A stretch of 63,126 nt of DNA, filler included, from Octopus bimaculoides (taxonomy: Eukaryota): assembly GCF_001194135.2 (NCBI RefSeq). It is 9 parts of 8 records of this genome, joined end to end, with 100 filler letters (N's around TTAATTAATTAA, not from the genome) between each part and the next. Parts side by side here need not be neighbours in the genome. Positions count along the whole stretch, not along the records: positions 1 to 13,149 come from NC_068994.1; positions 13,250 to 27,534 come from NC_068996.1; 7 more parts are not named here. One strand, 5' to 3'. Of the stretch, positions 1 to 15,771 are shown one piece after another. The position numbers were made by a program, and so were the translations under genes. A model generated the notes under the pieces. That model was not told the DNA's origin. It did no database searches and saw nothing but the letters and a program-made list of their open reading frames with translations. The number at the start of each line of letters is the position of its first letter. The stretch's first letter is position 1.

Positions 1-1187
1 TATATATACACGGTTATCACTTTGTGTTGCAAGATTCCTGATGCGAAATTGTGTGTTGAAACCGATATTGTTGTATTTCATGATCGTCATTTTTTTGCCA
101 AATAAACACACGTACTATATTTATTTTTCACGCGTTTATTACTGTTCTTATTTTATCATTTTAACTCATGTGTTTGTCTCCTTGTGTGTGTGAGTGTGTG
201 TGTGTGTATGTGTGTGTGTTTGTGTGTATATGCTTGTGCGTGTGTCATACGACACACACACACATGCATACACACACGCACACATACACACACAAGCAAG
301 GACACAACACATGTGCACATAAGCATACACACCTTAGAAGAACAGATTGGAGTAAGTGAAGCAAGAACACGCATGAAAACGAAAAGTGTCGCTGAAGAGG
401 TCACAGGTGTGTGACAAAAGATTTCCGGACAATGAGCATGAGTTAAAATGATAAAATAAGAACAGTAATAAACGAGTGCGTGTGTTCATTTGTAAAAAAA
501 AATTAACATCCCGAAACACAGTAATATAAATGTGTGTATGTGTGTATATATATATAAGTATATATATATGAGNNNNNNNNNNNNNNNNNNNNNNNNNNNN
601 NNNNNNNNNNNNNNNNNNNNNNNNNNNNNNNNNNNNNNNNNNNNNNNNNNNNNNNNNNNNNNNNNNNNNNNNNNNNNNNNNNNNNNNNNNNNNNATATAT
701 GTATATATATATATATATGCATATATATATTTGTGTGGGTGTGTGTGTCCTCAGACCAATAAGAACTGGTAGCGTACTCGGTTTTATGGTTTCAAATTTG
801 GCACGTGCATTTTCCTCACTTCTACCATAACCATTACTGTCATTCCTATTAACATCATTCGCACTGTTACAGCAACAAACAACAACAATTTCTACCCATT
901 ACCAACACCACTATAATTACTACTTTCATGACTATTACCACTATCAATTTCTTTTCTATTAAACAACCATTGCTACAAATACGACTATTAATATTGGTGC
1001 TGCTAATACTACTGTATTGCATATAATCACTACAGAAAACAAACCGGCGCACTAGCTATAGAGATGTAATAGGTGGATGAGATTAGTGGTGTTTATGGTA
1101 GCGATGGTGTTGAAATCACATGTATTGGTGTTGAGAGCAGACATACTGGGTTTTAAGGTGGTCAGTGTGGCTGGTAATCTTGAAGTT

Positions 1188-1222
<35 letters not shown>

Positions 1223-2129
1223 AACATATATTATACGAAAGAAGTCGCTTTTTATAATCATGGATAATGTTATCTAACATTTTATTATCAAAATGAATGG
1301 GTTTCAAACATGGGTGAATGAGTCGCAAGGACAGGGCAACCTCCTTCCCAAGTAAGGGCAAAACAATGTGGAACATTCGATCAAATCAAAAATGAAAAAT
1401 AATCAAAGAAAGCCAAAAGATTAACAAATTAACAATTACGGTAAATTAACTGCCGCTTAATCAACCAGGTCTCTTGATAAAGTTTTCAGAAGTAGCGAAA
1501 TGAATTCACCTTCCTAAGTACCAGTCTAACTTTCTTGTTATCTTCAGGTCTCATTTTCCTGAACCTTTGTATTTTTCTTTATTTAGAAATGGTTGTAACT
1601 ATGTATGTCCAACTTCAGAGGATGTTATGTCGAACATGTTCACTCTGAAATTGATATATTGTAATGTAGATCAGCATTATACATGTCTTATGTTCTATTT
1701 TTGTCTACTCAAAAATATCATTGTAGAAACAAAATTATGCAAATGGTTTTATCATAGGCACAGAATGCGGTAAACTAATATACTCTGATTACAAAGAAAA
1801 ACGATAGAACGGGCCAAGCCGATCAGACTGTGACGTTTATATCAGAGCTTGAAAAATCGTAATAGTCACCGAGTATTTAGTGAAAAAGTAATAATGATAA
1901 AGGTGATACGTCTATGATTCACACAACTTCTGAAACTAACATCAAGAAGAGATTTATTGACAGTGACGACTAGGATATCGCAAAAAAGAAAACAAAAATA
2001 AGTGGCTAGAAATTCGAGTCTTTTCAGATTCTGGAAATTTTTCTAGTGACTAACATGGCGATGAAGTAAATGTGGACCATGAATCCCCACTGGCTCCGTT
2101 GATCTGCTGGATCACTAAAACTGATCCAA

Positions 2130-2960
2130 GTCAGTCAACTTTGATACAAAATAAGCCAAAGGAAATTTGATAAGGAGCGTAGTTTTGAAAAAGATCAATT
2201 GTGAATGATTTAAACTTTATCCTTAACTTAGCTGACATTGACAAATGTTAAGTTGTGTGTTTGCTTTGAAAGGGGTTCACGTACAATTATGCTTACTTCT
2301 GAAAACTGGAAGAAGATAAACCGGTTTTCAAAGCATGTGAAAAGCCCATGCTAGTTCTACTACAAAGCTAACACAAACCATAAAACGTCAGAGTTGGGTC
2401 AAATAAATACTGTACGCCAGCAGCAAGCTATGCTGATCTTAGTGTATATGAAAATTATTATCAAAATTCAATTGTTTACAACCCAACAAAAGATATCTAA
2501 AAGAGATCGCACAGAAGATTAGAGGAACTTAGACTAAGTACCGATATTAACCATAACAACTTTTAGGAATTCAAACTTGAGTCAAAATGATATTCTATGG
2601 AATATAATATGCTTAACTGGTTGGTTGTGTTGAAAACGATATCTTAGCAAATACCTCAAGAGTATGTCTGTAGATATTAAATATAACGGCCAGAATAGCT
2701 AGAGCAACTATGGAAACTCTAATTGTAGAAATGAAAAGTTTTGAAAGCGTCAAGAAATGTGTTAAACAATTAGATGGAACTTCGAAAGAAATCATCCTAG
2801 ATACACAATTTTCATTCAAGGAAGTAATAGTTCCCCAAAGGAAAGGGGTGTCTCGCTGAGTGCAAGCCCTTGTTGGTGAATCAGCAATGGAAGTACTACT
2901 GGATGAAGCTATGAAAAACTGCCATCGTATATCTATTTCAATATGTTTAACGTTATTGTT
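2130..2960 (+). mobile_element. Degenerate, internally deleted hAT (ZMYM1/TTF-zinc-finger type) transposase relic
   Basis: Manual translation gives CVCFERGSRTIMLTSENWKKINRFSKHVKSPC* (~2255-2353; NWKK..F.KH.KS motif of the TTF zinc finger) and SKYLKSMSVDI (~2646-2678) followed by an open helical stretch. Many stops and frameshifts; no TIRs found. Confidence 0.5.
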
Positions 2961-3307
2961 GAAATCGAATCACGATTTAGGAATAATGACAGATATATTT
3001 TGTGCACTCGGTTAAATTATCCTCAATTCTAATACTTTAGGTAATTCAGATAGGTACTATTAGGTTGCCGCATGACATTATGGTATTGATCTAGAGCTCT
3101 TAAAGGTATATGAGGTAAAGTTTGCTACAGACCATACAGACACATAATGTCCACAGATAGTCTTTTTGAAATTCCGGTTTATCAGAATAAATAGTCTGGA
3201 TATTGTTATATTCCCTGGTTAATGTCATCAACAATTTATGGTTATTGTTATCTAAATAGCTCTGTCCTAAAGTGATATTAATAAGCACCTTCAACTGTGT
3301 GTATGTG

Positions 3308-3377
<70 letters not shown>

Positions 3378-4251
3378 TGTGTGTGTGAGTGCGTGTGTGT
3401 GTATAGTATCCAAGAAATCTATAGACGCTATTCAGAAGGTCTCTACGACGATGAGAAGACGAATTAGTTAAACGACTTAGGCCAAGATAGAAAAGAATGA
3501 CAATCAAGAAAGACCTGGAGGTGCATTCTGATCAGCATGTAGATGGTTGTGCAAGGTTCAATGGAGGTACGGCACTACATGCATACATACTATTGCGCGT
3601 GCGCGTGCGCGTGTCTGTGTGCGTGTGCAACTATACATATATATTCGTGAGTAGGTGCTCGAAGCAATGACGTAAAGAATACAAACTAAAGATTAGTTCA
3701 GGTATGTTTGAGAGATGAAGGATTTTCACTCCAGATGTTAAAACACTATAGTCTGCTCAGAACACTCTCTGTCGGGCTGATGGGTACATTCCTAACTAGT
3801 TAGTTCTCTTCGGTGTGAACTCTACACTGATTGGAAAGCTTTACTTCTTTTATCGAAAAAAATCTTGTTTTTTTCTTGTCTTAAACGAGAATCTTTGTCT
3901 CCACAACAAACAGCAACGAAAAGCTTTAGCAGGTTCAAACATTTCTCAAATATATTTGAACGCATCTACTCACAAATTTCTTCCTGTCTGGCGGTCAATG
4001 GTCGTTTTCAATCGATGGTTTAGACTGATTTATGATTCACGATAAATGAAACAAAACTTTCCAGCCAACAGAGTTGCCTCTGTTGGTATCTGGTGCTGAA
4101 GAAAACTAGCGAGTTCGAAATTCATCCTTTACCTTAATATAGAGCGCTCTGGATTGACTATGGAGTTTTAATACTTTTTTGTTTTAATTTTCTTCTCCAC
4201 GACAGACTGCAGGGAAAATCCATTACAGGTTCAAATAGTGGAGCTAGGCTT

Positions 4252-4292
<41 letters not shown>

Positions 4293-4795
4293 TATGTATG
4301 TTTGCATATATATACGTACATATATATGCTTGAAACATTCTTTTACCCTTAGTTTTGATACCAAGCCCTGCTTCATAATCGTAATGTGTAGCTGACCATG
4401 ATTCCACACACTATAAGCAATACAGTTTATTAAATACAATTTTAAGATAATTTATTTAGAGTTACTACTTTTGATAGCATTTCCAAACTGGGTCCATCGT
4501 CACATCCTGGATTTTGTTATTCTTGCTTGTGTACATAGTCGACTGCTTTCCATGTTGCCCCATTTAATTCCTGAAATCGCAGAGTACGGTTAATCATTTT
4601 TGTCAAGTTCTATATATTTTGTAGTTCTATATATTTTCCATGTAGCTACTACCTCAGATTTACTTAAACGATCATGATAGTTCAAGTTGTCGTTCACATG
4701 AGACGGACGTTTGGTTAAAGATTTTTTACTTATGCGAAATTCCCAGGTTTTTCTTCAAGTTGCATATACAGGTTTTCATGTATGTATATGTATAG

Positions 4796-4828
<33 letters not shown>

Positions 4829-5356
4829 AACACATTTTTGTGTGGTGTATGTGTGTGCATGAGTGTGTGTATGCACTGACAACATATTTATGTATCTATA
4901 AACATGCACACACACACACTTGCATACACACATGCCCATGTATATATATATATATATATATATNNNNNNNNNNNNNNNNNNNNNNNNNNNNNNNNNNNNN
5001 NNNNNNNNNNNNNNNNNNNNNNNNNNNNNNNNNNNNNNNNNNNNNNNNNNNNNNNNNNNNNNNNNNNNNNNNNNNNNNNNNNNNNNNNNNNNNNNNNNNN
5101 NNNNNNNNNNNNNNNNNNNNNNNNNNNNNTTGATTAATTATTTTTCTTTTACCTGTCTACAACATGTGTTTTGGGAGATTTTAAGGTGGTTTTTCGCGTC
5201 AAGAGGCTTGTTTGCGATCCCTTGTTATAATCCTGTACATAATTATTGATATAGTATTTAGAAAATTGACCTACTAGGTTTTTTTATATTTTCGTGCCAA
5301 CCACCTGATAAAATCATGAATGATTTCATCCTTTATATATATGTGTGTGGGTGTGT

Positions 5357-5397
<41 letters not shown>

Positions 5398-5405
5398 AAT
5401 ACATA

Positions 5406-7055
5406 CTAGCAGAAATACTTAGCATTGCCCGGGTTAAAGAGACGAATGAAATTTTAAAATGCCGTTTAGACTATGCAGGTCTCAACTGCTAGTAGCTGAG
5501 ATAACAACTTTCTACATTAATAACTCTCCAATCCATGCCAGCATGGAAAATAGACGTTAAGTGAAATGTTAAAAGAAAGTTTTCAACTCATATATGTATA
5601 GAAAGTAAATACACGTAATTCAAAAGCACGCTTTGTGTAGCTTATTTCGTAACCAAAAAGTAGGTACAGATTATAAACAATGAAAGGCCGATTTTGGTGA
5701 TTCATTTGACAGAGCTAGTAGAGAGCCAATCCGATGGTAAATCTGATCTTGGATCTTGAAAGTTTGCATGAATCCTGGCTCAGTTAAATCTCTTGTGGCT
5801 CCAGATGATGTCATTTTTAGTGCAGCGTTGTATTGCCTAATTTTGCTTTGGAAGTGCTTAGAATCTTGGTCAGTTGATGACAACAGTTTCGTCAATGGCT
5901 TTGGAAGTTGGGGAATTGCAAGGAGTTTAAGCTTTCCACCACTGCAGCACGGTGCAGATGTCTCTCCAGGCCACTTCCTTGCTTTACAATCTATGCACTA
6001 AGTTTTCATTATACCAATGGAAACTCTAGTGTCATCTGCATAATGTTGCTTCTCTGCGCTGTTGCAGCTGCTCTTCGTTCTGCAGCGGAGTTCCTATTCT
6101 TTGTCAGCCGTGCATATCTCTGTTCATCACTTTGAGATGCTCCCGCTTTTGTAGTGCACAGTCTGTTTGTTTCTTGGTATGCTTCCCTTTCTGCAGCTGT
6201 CTGTCTGGACAGAGACATTCTTTTGGCTGACCTTGACTCTGTAGACAAATTTGACACTTTCCTTCTCGGCATGGTTTTATATGTATAAAAAAAATACACA
6301 AGTGCAGAAGATAGTAGACAATGAAAATAACCGTGTAACGAAAATTATATTTCTTAACAGGACGGGCAAAAAGTAAATAAGAAATGTTTACAGAAAATAA
6401 AGAATTGTACGGGTTGAACCGAAATTTGTCACTTAGTGAACCAAAGAGCTAGTATCAAAGGAACCAGAAAAAAAGCTGTTAACAACAGAAAACACAAAAC
6501 CTTTGCAAAAGTAAATAAGAAATTTTTACGGAAATTAACTAAGTGTACGGATTTATGTGAAAGTTTTAAAGTTACTTCTGTCAGTAAATTATGAACGTAC
6601 TTTTATCAGTAATTCTGTCAACAACCAAAAAAGACAAAACGTTACAAAATTAAATAAGAAATTTGTAGGCAAATTTGACGAAGTGTACGAATTGAAGTGA
6701 AATTTATGAAGTTATTTCTGTCAGTAAATTATGTATGAAATTACTTTCATCAGCAATTTCTGACAGTAATTTGTCATTGTTGTTTGTAAATAGCGATTGA
6801 AAACTTATAGTGAAACAATAGTGACTGAACTATAGGGTCTGAAAAGCGAAAGTGAAAAAAATAGAGTGTAATATAGAGAGGGAGTGAGAAAAAGAGAGCT
6901 CGGTAGTTAGACAAATTGGATAGAGTTAGATAAATAGATTAGATATAGACAGATAGATACAGAGAGTTAGATAGATATAGAGATAGAGATGGATAGAGAG
7001 ATATAGAGAGATATAGATAGACAGTGAGAGATGGCTAGACAGATATAGCTAGAGA
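5406..7055 (-). mobile_element. Internally deleted Helitron retaining only the RepHel N-terminus
   Basis: Minus ORFs MPRRKVSNLSTESRSAKRM.., KWPGETSAPCCSGGKLKL (CC..GK zinc motif) and IRQYNAALKMTSSGA..GFMQTFKIQDQIYHRIGSLL match the Helitron N-terminal region. The 3' end reads cccgggcaatgctaagtatttctgCTAG|T (CTAG at 5406-5409). 5' boundary uncertain (~6700-7150). Confidence 0.88.
6369..6760 (+). repeat. Three diverged ~140-bp tandem units in the Helitron 5' region
   Basis: aaaa(g/t)taaataagaaat..aagtgtacg..gaaattt recurs near 6369, 6508 and 6646. Confidence 0.75.
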
Positions 7056-7174
7056 TCACTGACACTAGAAATCCGGAAGTAAATAATTTTTAAAACTTTC
7101 AAAGACGGGAATATAATATAAAAAGCAATATTTAAAATCTTTTTTGACCAATGGATGGAAGTGAGACAATCAGT

Positions 7175-7377
7175 TTCTGAAAGTTACATCGCAAAGAGTT
7201 ACCTTATCCACGTAACCCAGAATATTAATATTGTTGTTATTATTCTTCAAAGAATGGTTAGCGTTAATAATATCAATGTTATTATTTTCATTAAGTGGAT
7301 TTGTATTTAACGACTGATTGTTATGCGAAGAGATGATTTGTGAAAGGTTTTCGGTGTTTGAAAACCCTATCCTAATT

Positions 7378-7380
<3 letters not shown>
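7175..7380 (-). mobile_element. Possible Penelope-like element fragment (linker before GIY-YIG)
   Basis: Minus frame RIRIGFSNTENLSQIISSHNNQSL resembles the PLE motif I recall as KVSYSCM.N...IISSHNKK, followed by an Asn-rich linker. Short match. Confidence 0.4.
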
Positions 7381-9432
<2,052 letters not shown>

Positions 9433-10373
9433 CTAGCTGGATTCGTGAAGACTTCACGGAAAACAAAAAATGTAAGCATCTGTAAATTGTGTGCTAGTGC
9501 CATGAGAAATGTTTCTTTATTGTGACACAGCAATATCCAATATGTGCTGAGAACCCAGTATATAGAATATAGTAATTAATTATATTGTAGAAAAGTAAAA
9601 GTAACATTTAATGTTTGCTGTGGTTATGTGTCTGTCTACTCTGAAAATACTGATAAACATTTAAAAACATATAACAAACGCCACCTTCCTTTCAGTCACC
9701 ACCTACTCTCTGTCTCACTCCCTCACTGTCCCTCCCCTCACTTTACCGCTCACTTCAAGAATACCTCCTCTGCTTAACACGTCTTATTTTTGTTATTATT
9801 TCTACCTCTCCCTTCAAGTGTAGAAAAGTAACAGGTATTTGCTGAGAGATATTTGAATTTTAAGGACACTGAGCATCAGCTGATTCCGCACATCCGTGTA
9901 CATACCACGCACAAATATACCCGTATATGTCCATACATCTACAGATATACTCTCACACTTACACATACACAAACATGTACATGCACACACAATTATATAC
10001 ATACATATAAATATACATGCACATGAAATTATATACCCATGCACATCGGCATGCAGTTTCACGAGCCAATGTAAATTCCAGATGCAACATAGGAAAGGTT
10101 CCAGGAATGATGTTTATGTAAAAGAAGAGCACAAATGGGTCAAAGGTTCGCTACAGCTGTTTCAGACGCGTTTTATTGATGTATAATTCGGGTGAATCAA
10201 AAATATAAAATTTTGTTCATAGAAAAAATTCCAAGATTTGGAATGTAGATTTCGGCAACTACGAAGGCAGTGGTTGTACCTCTTTGTGCGCATAGGCACA
10301 CACAGGCACACACACACACACACGAATATTTACATATATACTTATCTTTCTACATATGATTAATACGCGCACG

Positions 10374-10765
10374 TTTGTATACAAATGCCTATATTTATAC
10401 ATAGGCTTCTTATACAACCACATGTAACTTATAATGTGTACGCATATGTAACAACTTGCATACGTTTGCATCAATATGAGTGGTTGGAAGTGTTATGATG
10501 GCCGAGAGGTTAAGGTGATTCGCTACCTAGGTTATGGGTTCAAATGAACTTTTAAACAGTATAATTTTTTATCCACTTTGGCTCAGTTCACTTGAGCTAG
10601 TCATGCATATGTGTGGGTGCGAGTGTGTGTGTGTGTGTCTGAGTGAGTATAATTATTATGTGAATGTGTTGTATGTGTATATAAATACATTTACATATTA
10701 TTACATTATGTAATAATATATTCACATACACACACGCACATATATTGTTCAAAACCTTTGCATAG
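10374..10765 (+). repeat. Local direct duplication, copy 1 (copy 2 at 12720-13114)
   Basis: Collinear ~390-bp match, roughly 90% identical by eye. Confidence 0.95.
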
Positions 10766-10852
10766 GACTTGAGATAGCGATAGTTGTATCTGCACATATA
10801 TATATAAATGTGTGTGTATGTGTGTATGTATTCATAAATACGTTTCTCTTTT

Positions 10853-10919
<67 letters not shown>

Positions 10920-12196
10920 NNNNNNNNNNNNNNNNNNNNNNNNNNNNNNNNNNNNNNNNNNNNNNNNNNNNNNNNNNNNNNNNNNNNNNNNNNNNNNNNN
11001 NNNNNNNNNNNNNNNNNNNNNNNNNNNNNNNNNNNNNNNNNNNNNNNNNNNNNNNNNNNNNNNNNNNNNNNNNNNNNNNNNNNNNNNNNNNNNNNNNNNN
11101 NNNNNNNNNNNNNNNNNNNATATATATATATATATATATATAAGCACACGCATGTGTCTGCTTATTTGTAGCCATCTATATATATGTGTGTGTGTGTGTG
11201 TGTGTGCAATGCACAGAAATTTCTATCTATGCTTATAGTACGACACACCACTACTACCACTTGTATCACCACTGCTAATACCGCCACCACTATCATGACA
11301 ACCACCACTGCCATCAGAATATCTACTATAACTAATGTAACTGATAGTACCGCAACCACCACCACCAGTACCTCCACCGCCGTCCTCTGCTGGCAGCACC
11401 GGTACAATGAGCAGCAACCAGCAGCAACTGCAAGTCACTCTAGTTCACCACCACCATTACCACTAAACCTGTAACTACACCGTAACTACCACCAGCAGTA
11501 CATCACCACGACCACCACAGCCACCTGCTACATCAACTACTAAATATCACTAACATTAGTACACACACATAAATTGCTAAACAGTGAGAGTAACTGCTTG
11601 TTACTGTTGTGGGTCGATTGTTATTTTAGTTGTTGTTCTTACTGTTAGTATTCCACTCCCTCTGGACAACACATTATTCTACCTGACCAAGGGTGCGTTA
11701 CTTTTACTATTATTATCTTTCTTGTTCTTAAAATTATTGTTATTACGATGCCAGTTTACACGTACAGCTGTGTGTGTGTGTGTGTGTGGTGTATATACAT
11801 ATTTAAACATGTATGTATGATATTGTTTTTCAGGTCGACATCCTTTCCATTTCTTACTGGGAAGACAATCGTCAAATCGCATATTAATACAGAAATATTT
11901 TCAAACACCTCTCTGTATGCATGTAAGTGTGTGCGTGTGTTTATGTGTGTGTATGTGTGTGTTTGTGTGTGTGTGTGTTTGTGTGTGTGTGCGTGAGTAC
12001 GTGTTTACAGATAGACGAATACACATGCATGCGCTCGCAAGAGTTTAAGTACAGTGCATTCACGACGTTTGTTCAAAAGTTTTGAAACCTGTTACAGCCC
12101 AGATCTATTGGTATATATACATATGTGTATGTGAGGGGGCGCATGCGCGTGTGTGTATTATATTATATTATCTCATATATCATATCATATTATACT

Positions 12197-12405
12197 GGCA
12201 GGAAGCTGGCAGAATCCAGGCCAAATGCTTAGAAGCATTTTGTCCGTCTTTATGTTCTGAGTTCAAATTCTACCAAAGTCAACTTTGCCTTTCACCATAT
12301 CGGGGACGATAAAATAAGTACCAGTTGAGCACTGGGTTTCGATGTAATCGACTTACCCCACGCCCACGACATTACTGGCCATGTGCCAAAATTTGAAACG
12401 AATAT
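12197..12405 (+). mobile_element. SINE family A copy (tRNA-like head plus Meta-domain-like core)
   Basis: B box gagttcaaatt; core gtcaactttgcctttca..ggggacgataaaataagtaccag; tail ggccatgtgccaaaatttgaaac. Confidence 0.85.
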
Positions 12406-12719
12406 CATATTATATTATATTTTATTGTATTTTATCACATCATTTATCACATAATAAACATTTATGTATATATACATGTGTTAGTGTGTATATACACAAA
12501 TACACGCGCGGGCATATACACATACACACTCAAATACATGAAGCTGTGCGCATGTGTATGAATGTATACGTGTGAGCGTATATTCGCACAGACAGTGGCA
12601 GATGTAGAAAGTACATACCAAACAACCTGTATCTGCATACACAGAGAAGCGCACATACGAACACACAGGCACATGCACACGAATATATACATATATACTA
12701 ATTTTTCTAAATATAGGCA

Positions 12720-13114
12720 TTTGTATACAAATGCCTATATTTAGACACAGACTTCTTATACAACCACATGTAACTTATAATGTGTACGCATATGTAACAA
12801 CTTGCATACGTTTGCATCAATATAAGTGGTTGGAAGTGTTATGATGGCCGAGAGGTTAAGGTGATTCGCTACCTAGGTTATGGGTTCAAATAACCTATGG
12901 GTATAATTTTTTATCCACTTTAGCTCAGTTCACTTGAGCTAGTCGTGCACATGCGTGTGTGCGAGTGTGTGTGTGTCTCTGAGTGAGTATAAGTATTATG
13001 TGAATGTGTTGTATGTGTATATAAATACATTTACATATTATTACATTGTATAATAATACATTCACATACACACTCGAACATATATTGTCACTTGTGTTCA
13101 AAACCTTTGCATAG
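12720..13114 (+). repeat. Local direct duplication, copy 2
   Basis: Matches 10374-10765; includes the tRNA-like segment. Confidence 0.95.
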
Positions 13115-13118
13115 TACC

Positions 13119-13149
<31 letters not shown>

Positions 13150-13193
13150 NNNNNNNNNNNNNNNNNNNNNNNNNNNNNNNNNNNNNNNNNNNN

Positions 13194-13205
13194 TTAATTA
13201 ATTAA
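13194..13205. other. Artificial scaffold linker TTAATTAATTAA inside an N-gap (also 27579, 44143, 47907, 52130, 55925, 58351, 61825)
   Basis: Identical 12-mer centred in N-runs at all 8 sites; 44 N on each side (100 bp total) at the sites I counted; has stops in all six frames. Confidence 0.95.
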
Positions 13206-13289
13206 NNNNNNNNNNNNNNNNNNNNNNNNNNNNNNNNNNNNNNNNNNNNACCTATTATCCGTGTCGTGTCCGACAATAGCGTTAAACCT

Positions 13290-13480
13290 ATGAGTAACTA
13301 TGCTATAAGATGTTGATTCTGATCAAACAGACTAATGATCAAAAGCATTCCAGCTATGGCCATCTCAACTAGGTGGTTTTCACTTACAATCTATCTTGGA
13401 CACATTATCCAACGTTTCCTTGAAAGAAAACAGTAGAGACTGATACAGGGGATAATTAACTGTTATTTCTGCAGATCATA
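13290..13480 (+). repeat. Old interspersed repeat, family D
   Basis: ctgatcaaacagac..aaaagcattccagctatggccatct..cattatcca..ctgttatttctgcagatc is shared with 23140-23370 and weakly with 22560-22720 and 17930-17975 (minus). Confidence 0.6.
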
Positions 13481-14617
13481 TTACTTGGCTCGAGTGATGC
13501 TATAATTTGACGAGTGGGACCTTTTTCTTTGTTTTTTTTTTTTTTGTTTTATGTTTACTATTGGCACACTAAAATTTTGAAATACAAACCGAAAGTTTTT
13601 GGTATTTCGTACAACTTGGATAACAGTAGGGTTGACAAAAAATTGATATTTCAATTATCTCTAAATAAGAAGCTAGGAGTATGTCAGAACTCTGTAGCTT
13701 TCGATTGGTTAAAGTTACCCAACATTTGCAAACTTTAAAGCTATTAACTTTTTTATATATTAAGTTATGGTAAAAATGAATTTCACTTCCATAATTAACA
13801 TACAAAACTACATCCATACACCAAATTTGAAAACAATTGGAACAAAGTTTAAAGAATTGAAAACTGTGAGCGAAACAGACAAGGTCCAGAATTTCTAATA
13901 ATCGTAATTTTGGGAGATAAGAATGAAACCAAATTAAAGAATGATAAGAATGAAACCAAATTAAAGTAACTGTTTCAGTAAAATTATCAGTGTTTTTTGG
14001 CATTGGACATACGTTTTAGAAAAGGTGGTTTACGTGGCTATTTTTGAAATGTCAAGTCTGCATCAGTTTCAATTGATATGGACTTGACTCAGTTTTCAAT
14101 TCTCACAGTTTCTACAGCTAAAAACGATTCCAATGAATTGTGCGACAAATCTTCAGTATAAATACTTACTATGGTGACTTGTCACTGTAATGAAGATGAA
14201 ATTTAGTCGGGAAGAGGTGAAGAAATCGGAATCAAAAGTGAAGACATAGATCAGAATCATTAACACATTCCAAAAGCGGCGTCGCCAGCAAATGTTAGCA
14301 AAAGAATTGTTATGGATTATATACCAACAATAAATCATTTCATTTCTTTGGATATATACCCAGTACCATAAATTCCTGAGTTGTTAAACCAAATGGACGC
14401 CGCAATGATTTTTTTTTTCTCGATCAGAATTGTCCTGTTATTACTAGTTTCCCTTAGCAAAAACTGCGGCATTACATAGCTTTTTTGAAGCAAAGACAAA
14501 TCGAAATTCAAACTGGAAATTCAATCCTTTGTCATGGGATGAATCCGATTGTTTTGGAGACCCGAAACAAGTATTCTTATATTCTAGTGACGAGTCCAAT
14601 CCGGAGCGAAAAATTGC

Positions 14618-15004
14618 AGACGCAGGCGTGGTTGTGGGGATCTGAAACTTGCTTCCCAACAACATTGTTCCGCATTCAGTCCCGCTGCGTGAAACCTTAG
14701 GCAAGTGTTTTTTCTGACTAGCCAAAGTCTTGTGACTGGGTCTGGTAGACGAAAACTGAAAGAAGCCCATCATATGCGTGTGTGTGTGTGTATGTTTGTG
14801 TTTGTCCCCCACAACCGCATGACAACCGGTGTTGGTGTGTTTACGTCCCCATAACTTAGCGGTCCGGCTAAAAAGACCGATAGAATAAGTACCAGTCGTA
14901 AAAGAAGAATAAGTATGGTGGTGGGGCGATTCTTTCGATTAAAATTTCTTCGAGACGGAGCCCCTGCATGACCACAGTTCTAATGACCGAAGCAAGTAAA
15001 AGAT
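14618..15004 (+). mobile_element. SINE family C copy (tRNA head, CORE-like segment, internal TG/TA microsatellite)
   Basis: Head, CORE-like ccttaggcaagtg, internal (TG)n and 3' part ending agcaagtaaaagata; matches other copies in the window. Confidence 0.88.
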
Positions 15005-15176
15005 ACCGAAGACTACGCATCCTCTCGGGATCAGAAAACACTTTGATCTTAATTACAATTGCTGGCTTACTACAAAGCTCATATGCACATTAGAGTATTA
15101 CTTCATTATCTGAGAAAATGCAGTTACACATACAAACATCTTTGCCAATACGTTACTCAGTCGTAAAACCTTTTCA

Positions 15177-15660
15177 GGTGCTACTTTGGCGTGTGATCTG
15201 CAAGAGAGATTACTCAAGGTTACTTTTTAGTTTACTTTTCAATATCTAACACCCGTGAAATGTTGGCTAAACCATGTGATCAGCGGCGAGACGAAGGTAG
15301 TTGCATTTTTACAAGAAACCAGAAGGCAGTTGCATTTTTACTAGAAACCAGCACTAAATTCACATCATTTCTTAACAAAAAGAAAGGTGCCACTTTGGCA
15401 TGTGATCTACAATTTAAAGGGAAATTACTTTAGCTTACGTTTTAGTTTACTTTGTGTTAGTGCTACTTTCCGTGTGATCCACGTGAGCAAATTTACTTTG
15501 GTAGGTGATCTACGCGGTTTTTTTAATTATGTTTCTTTTTTATTATTATATTAGTAATAATTTTGAAAAAAATACATTCACACTACAAAGTATGCACAAA
15601 ATAATTTTAAAAGTAACCCAAAGTAATCTCCATTGTAGATCACACGCCAAAATATCACTC
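15177..15660. mobile_element. Foldback/MITE-like element with repeated subterminal motifs
   Basis: gtgctactttggcgtgtgatctgcaagagagattactcaaggttactttt (15178-15227) is inverted at 15609-15658 and repeated directly near 15387, 15460 and 15496. No TSD found. Confidence 0.6.
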
Positions 15661-15771
15661 CTTTTTAACCCAGCATATCAGAATTTTAATTTCTTTAATA
15701 ATCCTGTTATTTGGAGAGTCACTGATATGTATCCATGTATTTTAGCTTGAAGTAAATGCCAAAAAGAAAGC

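Noticed and set aside
10490-10545. Functional tRNA gene (also ~12836-12891 and the SINE heads)
   Set aside because: A/B boxes only; acceptor and anticodon stems do not close.
11184-11474. Thr-rich, mucin-like ORF
   Set aside because: Degenerate ACC/ACT repeat with no signal peptide or splice evidence.
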